DNA of 64,000 nucleotides from Strigamia acuminata (Eukaryota): NCBI GenBank assembly GCA_949358305.1, contig OX442314.1, positions 10,912,001 to 10,976,000 of the forward strand, read 5' to 3'. Shown piece by piece: positions 59,992 to 64,000 of this stretch (position 1 is its first letter; each line of letters starts with the position of its first letter). The notes under the pieces were generated by a model. It saw only the letters and a program-made list of their open reading frames with translations, ran no database searches and was not told where the DNA came from. The position numbers and the translations under genes were made by a program.

Positions 59992-61296
59992 ATGAATGCA
60001 AAATACTTAATCAGTTTGTGTGTGGTCAGTTTCCTTGTGGCTTGTACCCTGCCACCAAAAGTAGACAGTACTTTTCCTCATGCTCTTGGGGGTTTGGTAA
60101 CTGATATTGCAGTAAATCCAATGGGTATCTTGGCCATTTTGTTCATAAAAAAACTCATTCTCCTCAAGTTGGGATTGCTGCTTTTAGGCAAAAGAAGCAT
60201 TGGTGGACCTGAACCAAATGTAGATCCGAAGACCGAAGTCACCATAGCGGATTATGAAAAAATAGCCACAAGTTTGGATGAAAATGGCTGCATTGCAAAA
60301 CTAATCTGTGAAATCATGGCTGAAGACCAGCAAAATACCAAATTCGAAAGAGCAATAGGAAAATACTTCAGGTAAGATTAAGATTTGTCGTTGGTCAAAT
60401 ATTACAATTCAGTGTACAGCCATCAATAATGTTAATTTTCCACCTGGCATTTCATGGCCATAAAATATCCTATTTTGATCCAAATTACTAAATAATATGA
60501 CCTGGACATTTCTGATGACGGCGTAAATAAATCTGTAAACCCATTTCAAACCGTCTAAAAATATAATTTACAATTTTTTTACTTTTCTTTGCGTTGCCTT
60601 TCTGCACCTTGTGCTGATATTTCTGCTTGCAATCAAGAAGAAATTATCAGCGCAAAGTGCAGAAAAAATAACTTTTCTGCGCTAGCCCCCCTTGTTAGGC
60701 ATTCTTAAGAGACAATAAAAAAAATGTCATCATATTTAGGTAACCGAAACGAGATTCGATGAAACGGGATCCAATGAAGTGACCCGACTTCGTTCATAAA
60801 ACCGATTTGTTCGCATAATTGGACATTAGAAATTAGGTATAATTCCTGCCAAAAAAATTGTCGCCTTCACCCTAATCTGGCTTAGGGAGGAGGCAACAAT
60901 TTTTTTAGCCAGAATTTTAAATATTAGTAAAAAAAAAGATAATTTTCTATGTTTACGAGTATTTAATGAACATTCTCAGAACACTTGACACTCGTATGAA
61001 CAAGAATTTGCTTTAGAGCTGATGAAAATATTTGTGGACATTCCATACAAAATTCCAAGTGGTACTGCTTAAAAAATCACCATAAATGCAATTTTTTAAA
61101 TTTTAGGTTCCTGACAGCTGAAAAACTGAGTAAACCAAATCCTTCAGCTCCTGGTCACTCTATTTTCCATTATGCAGCTTTCATGGGCAAATTGGCAAGA
61201 AGTACACACAGTTGTGGTCTCATTTTCCAAAAATGTGCCAGGAGCATGACTGATGTAAGGAAGACAGCCAATGCAGCTTTTGAATTAGACATCTAA
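59992..61296 (+). CDS. Small secreted protein: signal peptide, Leu/Lys-rich segment, GKR, DM4/DM12-like Cys domain
   Basis: TATAAAA near 59869 and a 5' UTR intron 59941-59991. Exons 59992-60371 and 61107-61296 (phase 2). CIAKLICEI and FHYAAFMG...C...FQKC. Confidence 0.85.
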
Positions 61297-62592
61297 AATG
61301 TTACACATTCCAGTTTATTTATTTTTAATTATTTTCTTTTCTATATATATATATAAGAGCAAATAAAATCCATATTTGGTATCAAAGCAAAAATAAGTGT
61401 TTTTTCTTGTTTTCCATACTCTAAAAAATAAAAAAAGAAGGAAAAAATCATACAATCTTCTCATGCAAGCAACCGTGACACATCACGCCCTCTATGGACT
61501 GAGTAAAAATTATTTGATGTTGAGATGCAGTTTTATTGAGATTAGATCTGAATTACACACGACTCATGTCCTTTCTGACCTAGCATTACCAAAACAGAAT
61601 TTCCTGTGCTATAAAAACCTAGAAAAGAGTTCCATTCTCACACTTTTACAATTATGATTGAGTGAGCCATCTGGCACTTGCAATGAGGAATAGAAACAAA
61701 AGGATAAGCCTTAGAAAACAAAACGAGTGCAATGAATAGAAATAACAACAAAAGGCAATTACCATTAGTTTATTACACGTATAGCAGACAAAAATAAGCT
61801 GACAGCTTAATTTCAGCTGGGATTGTGCTGTAGTTTATTAGCAACAACTTTAATATCATCATAAATTTTAATCATAAATTAGTTTGGACTTTTTTTCTCA
61901 TTTTCTTTTCCAGTTTGGAGCATAAAGTCATCATGTGTACAAAAACTAGTTTATCCGTGAATAAGCCTAATTATTTATTTATTCCTATAAAAGCATCTTC
62001 AAAGGATTAAAATTAGTCACAGTCTAAGAAACATTACAGTTGACAAGTGGGGTCACCTATATTGTTATTATGCTCAATCAATCATACTATCATGTTTCAT
62101 TCATTCATTCCCTAATTTGGGTTTGAACTTAATTAATCTTACCGAAAAGAGAAAGGATTTACACGAATTTGTCAAAGATATTGTGGTGTATTTGCACCAC
62201 AAGGAATTGTGCAGGTTTGAGCAGCTAGAGATTTACATTGTATTGTTGTCAATACAATGTACTGTATAAGGCAGGAGCATTATGCTTATACATCATGCAG
62301 TTTCCATATTTTTCCCTAGCAACGGTTGATCAGGTTTGAACAATAAAGGATTTCCATCTTCTGTTAGAGAAATGGAAGAGGCAGAAGTAGTCTGCCATGT
62401 TTTAGATTAAACCCTGTTATTTTCTATCTTGGCACAAAGATACTAAGGATATCTTTCATAATATATCCATAACATACCACTGAGCCAGATGTCTTTTGGG
62501 TTCTCAAGAAATCCATCTCACAAGCCACAATTACACACAATGGCTAAGAACAGCTCATCTTGCTGGTTACCGGTTCCATTAAAACACAGAAT

Positions 62593-64000
62593 TTAAGCAG
62601 CATTGGGCCTATAGTCAGTACTTGGATGGGATGGGTGACTTGCTGTTCTTATCCTTGTTTGACTACAGTATTGTTTCTGAAGCAAGAACATCCGCCACCC
62701 GCCTCCAACTGAGTTTTCCCAGCCTAGCTCAAGATGCAAATGCAAGGTTGGGACCTTAAGAAAGTCGTCCCACAGATCGCGGCTTACACAACTTAAATCC
62801 CACACAAGTATTCCACTTACGAGGTCATGACCACGCTAAGTGTCAAACTTATGTATAGACAAAAAAAAATCTCTTCAGTTTAGCTGTTTTAAGTTTATCT
62901 ACCAGGTGGCATAAAACATCCATTGAGATTCAATGACGTCAATCTTGACTCGGTCTCTCGTCTTATCCTAACAACAGTATTAAAAGATAGACCAGCCAAA
63001 TAATGATAGATAAACTTAAAACAGCTAAACAAAATGGAAGTTTTTTTGTCCATGACTGTATCGGCCGATATTCGGTTGTCGATTATCGGTATCGGCGATA
63101 CTGCAAAATATCGATATCAGTCAAAGTCTAATACCGTATTAAACATCGCATCTATGTAATAACTGTTTTTATGCATGTAAAGTGCTCCAAAGCATCTGTC
63201 ATTTTGAAAATTTTATTTCTTTCTCGTTTAAAAAAGTTTAACAACTCCAGGATGTTGATGACTTTTGCCAACTAATCCTTGTTTTAAACCTTACCATGCC
63301 AGCAGGAGCAACTGTCATCTTAAAACAAAGTGAAAAGACAACCAGGATTAAGGTGGCAGCCACATTAGACCAATGAACTTTCATGTCATGTCAGACATAA
63401 AAAATGAAGGAGAAAAAAAAGAAACTAGGATTTATTGATAAAATTTGGGTATTTTTATAATTATGTTTTCAGTATTCTGTAGTAGTAGTAATAAAAATAT
63501 TATTAAAACCGAAAAAAAAGTCAGTGGGTCAGTTGGAAAGCAATTATTTTTTTTTACAGGTGTATATTTAGAATTCATTTTTTTCTTCTTTCAAATTTAC
63601 ATTTCTTGGATTTCTGTCTTGTTTTACCTGCAGCTCTATGACACTCATGCCACCACGACCAAACCAATACTAAAATAAATATTTCAAAGTTGCAAAAAAA
63701 GATTTCATAAAATATTAATAAAATAATTAGAAAAATCTAGAAAATTACCAAAAATCATGACCAGAGAGTAAATCTGCGCCCAATTTCAACTAGAGTGTAA
63801 AATACAATTTGTGACATTGAAATTTGACCAAATTTGACCAAATTTTTGCCAAATTTGACCCAAAAATTAAATTTTTCACTAAAACACAAAAATATAAATT
63901 TTTTTTTTTTAGAATGGAGACAAAAAATATCATTTACATAATCAAGATTAAAACGATACGACTATTATTCATACCCCAGGGTATGCGTGAACTACATAAC
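62593..64000 (-). CDS. 3' end of an unidentified multi-exon gene (partial)
   Basis: GT-AG bounded phase-0 exons 63975-64000, 63628-63669, 63295-63318 and 62593-62835 join without stops: YVVHAYPG-YWFGRGGMSVIELQ-MTVAPAGM-RGHDLVSGILVWDL... Confidence 0.5.
62857..63051. mobile_element. MITE with AT TSD (ISL2EU-like ends)
   Basis: AT/AGACAAAAAAA...TTTTTTTGTCC/AT, with a perfect 24-bp inner inverted repeat (62878-62901 / 63007-63030). Confidence 0.65.

Noticed and set aside
63056..63130. TATCGG-rich hAT-like MITE end
   Set aside because: Only one end is visible, with no TSD; too little to annotate.

Overview
Eukaryotic, AT-rich, intron-containing animal DNA. An arthropod origin is inferred from TTAGG-type repeats, DM4/DM12-like genes and the TE repertoire. 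Left half (about 0.4-32 kb): a minus-strand tandem array of at least six copies of an uncharacterised ~680-aa gene with a single coding exon and a SOCS/BC-box-like N-terminus. Two copies are intact (26983-29043, 29924-31966). Four are broken: by a full-length BEL/Pao LTR element, a Tc1 element, a Copia element with a nested intact Mag-type Gypsy, a CACTA-like non-autonomous element and MITEs. The CACTA-like element has captured the first two coding exons of splicing factor U2AF35 (U2AF1), intron included, and these splice in frame to a third exon (a Pack-TIR-like chimera). Right half: PCMT1 (+), with a possible signal-peptide alternative first exon; FIBP (-); an ISL2EU-like THAP element in the FIBP promoter; three related small secreted proteins (signal peptide, hydrophobic peptide, GKR, DM4/DM12-like Cys domain); a decayed DDX23/Prp28 fragment beside a hAT fragment; many A/T minisatellites phased at about 10 bp; and the 3' micro-exons of an unidentified gene at the right edge. 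All calls are by eye from the sequence and ORF track; no searches were run.
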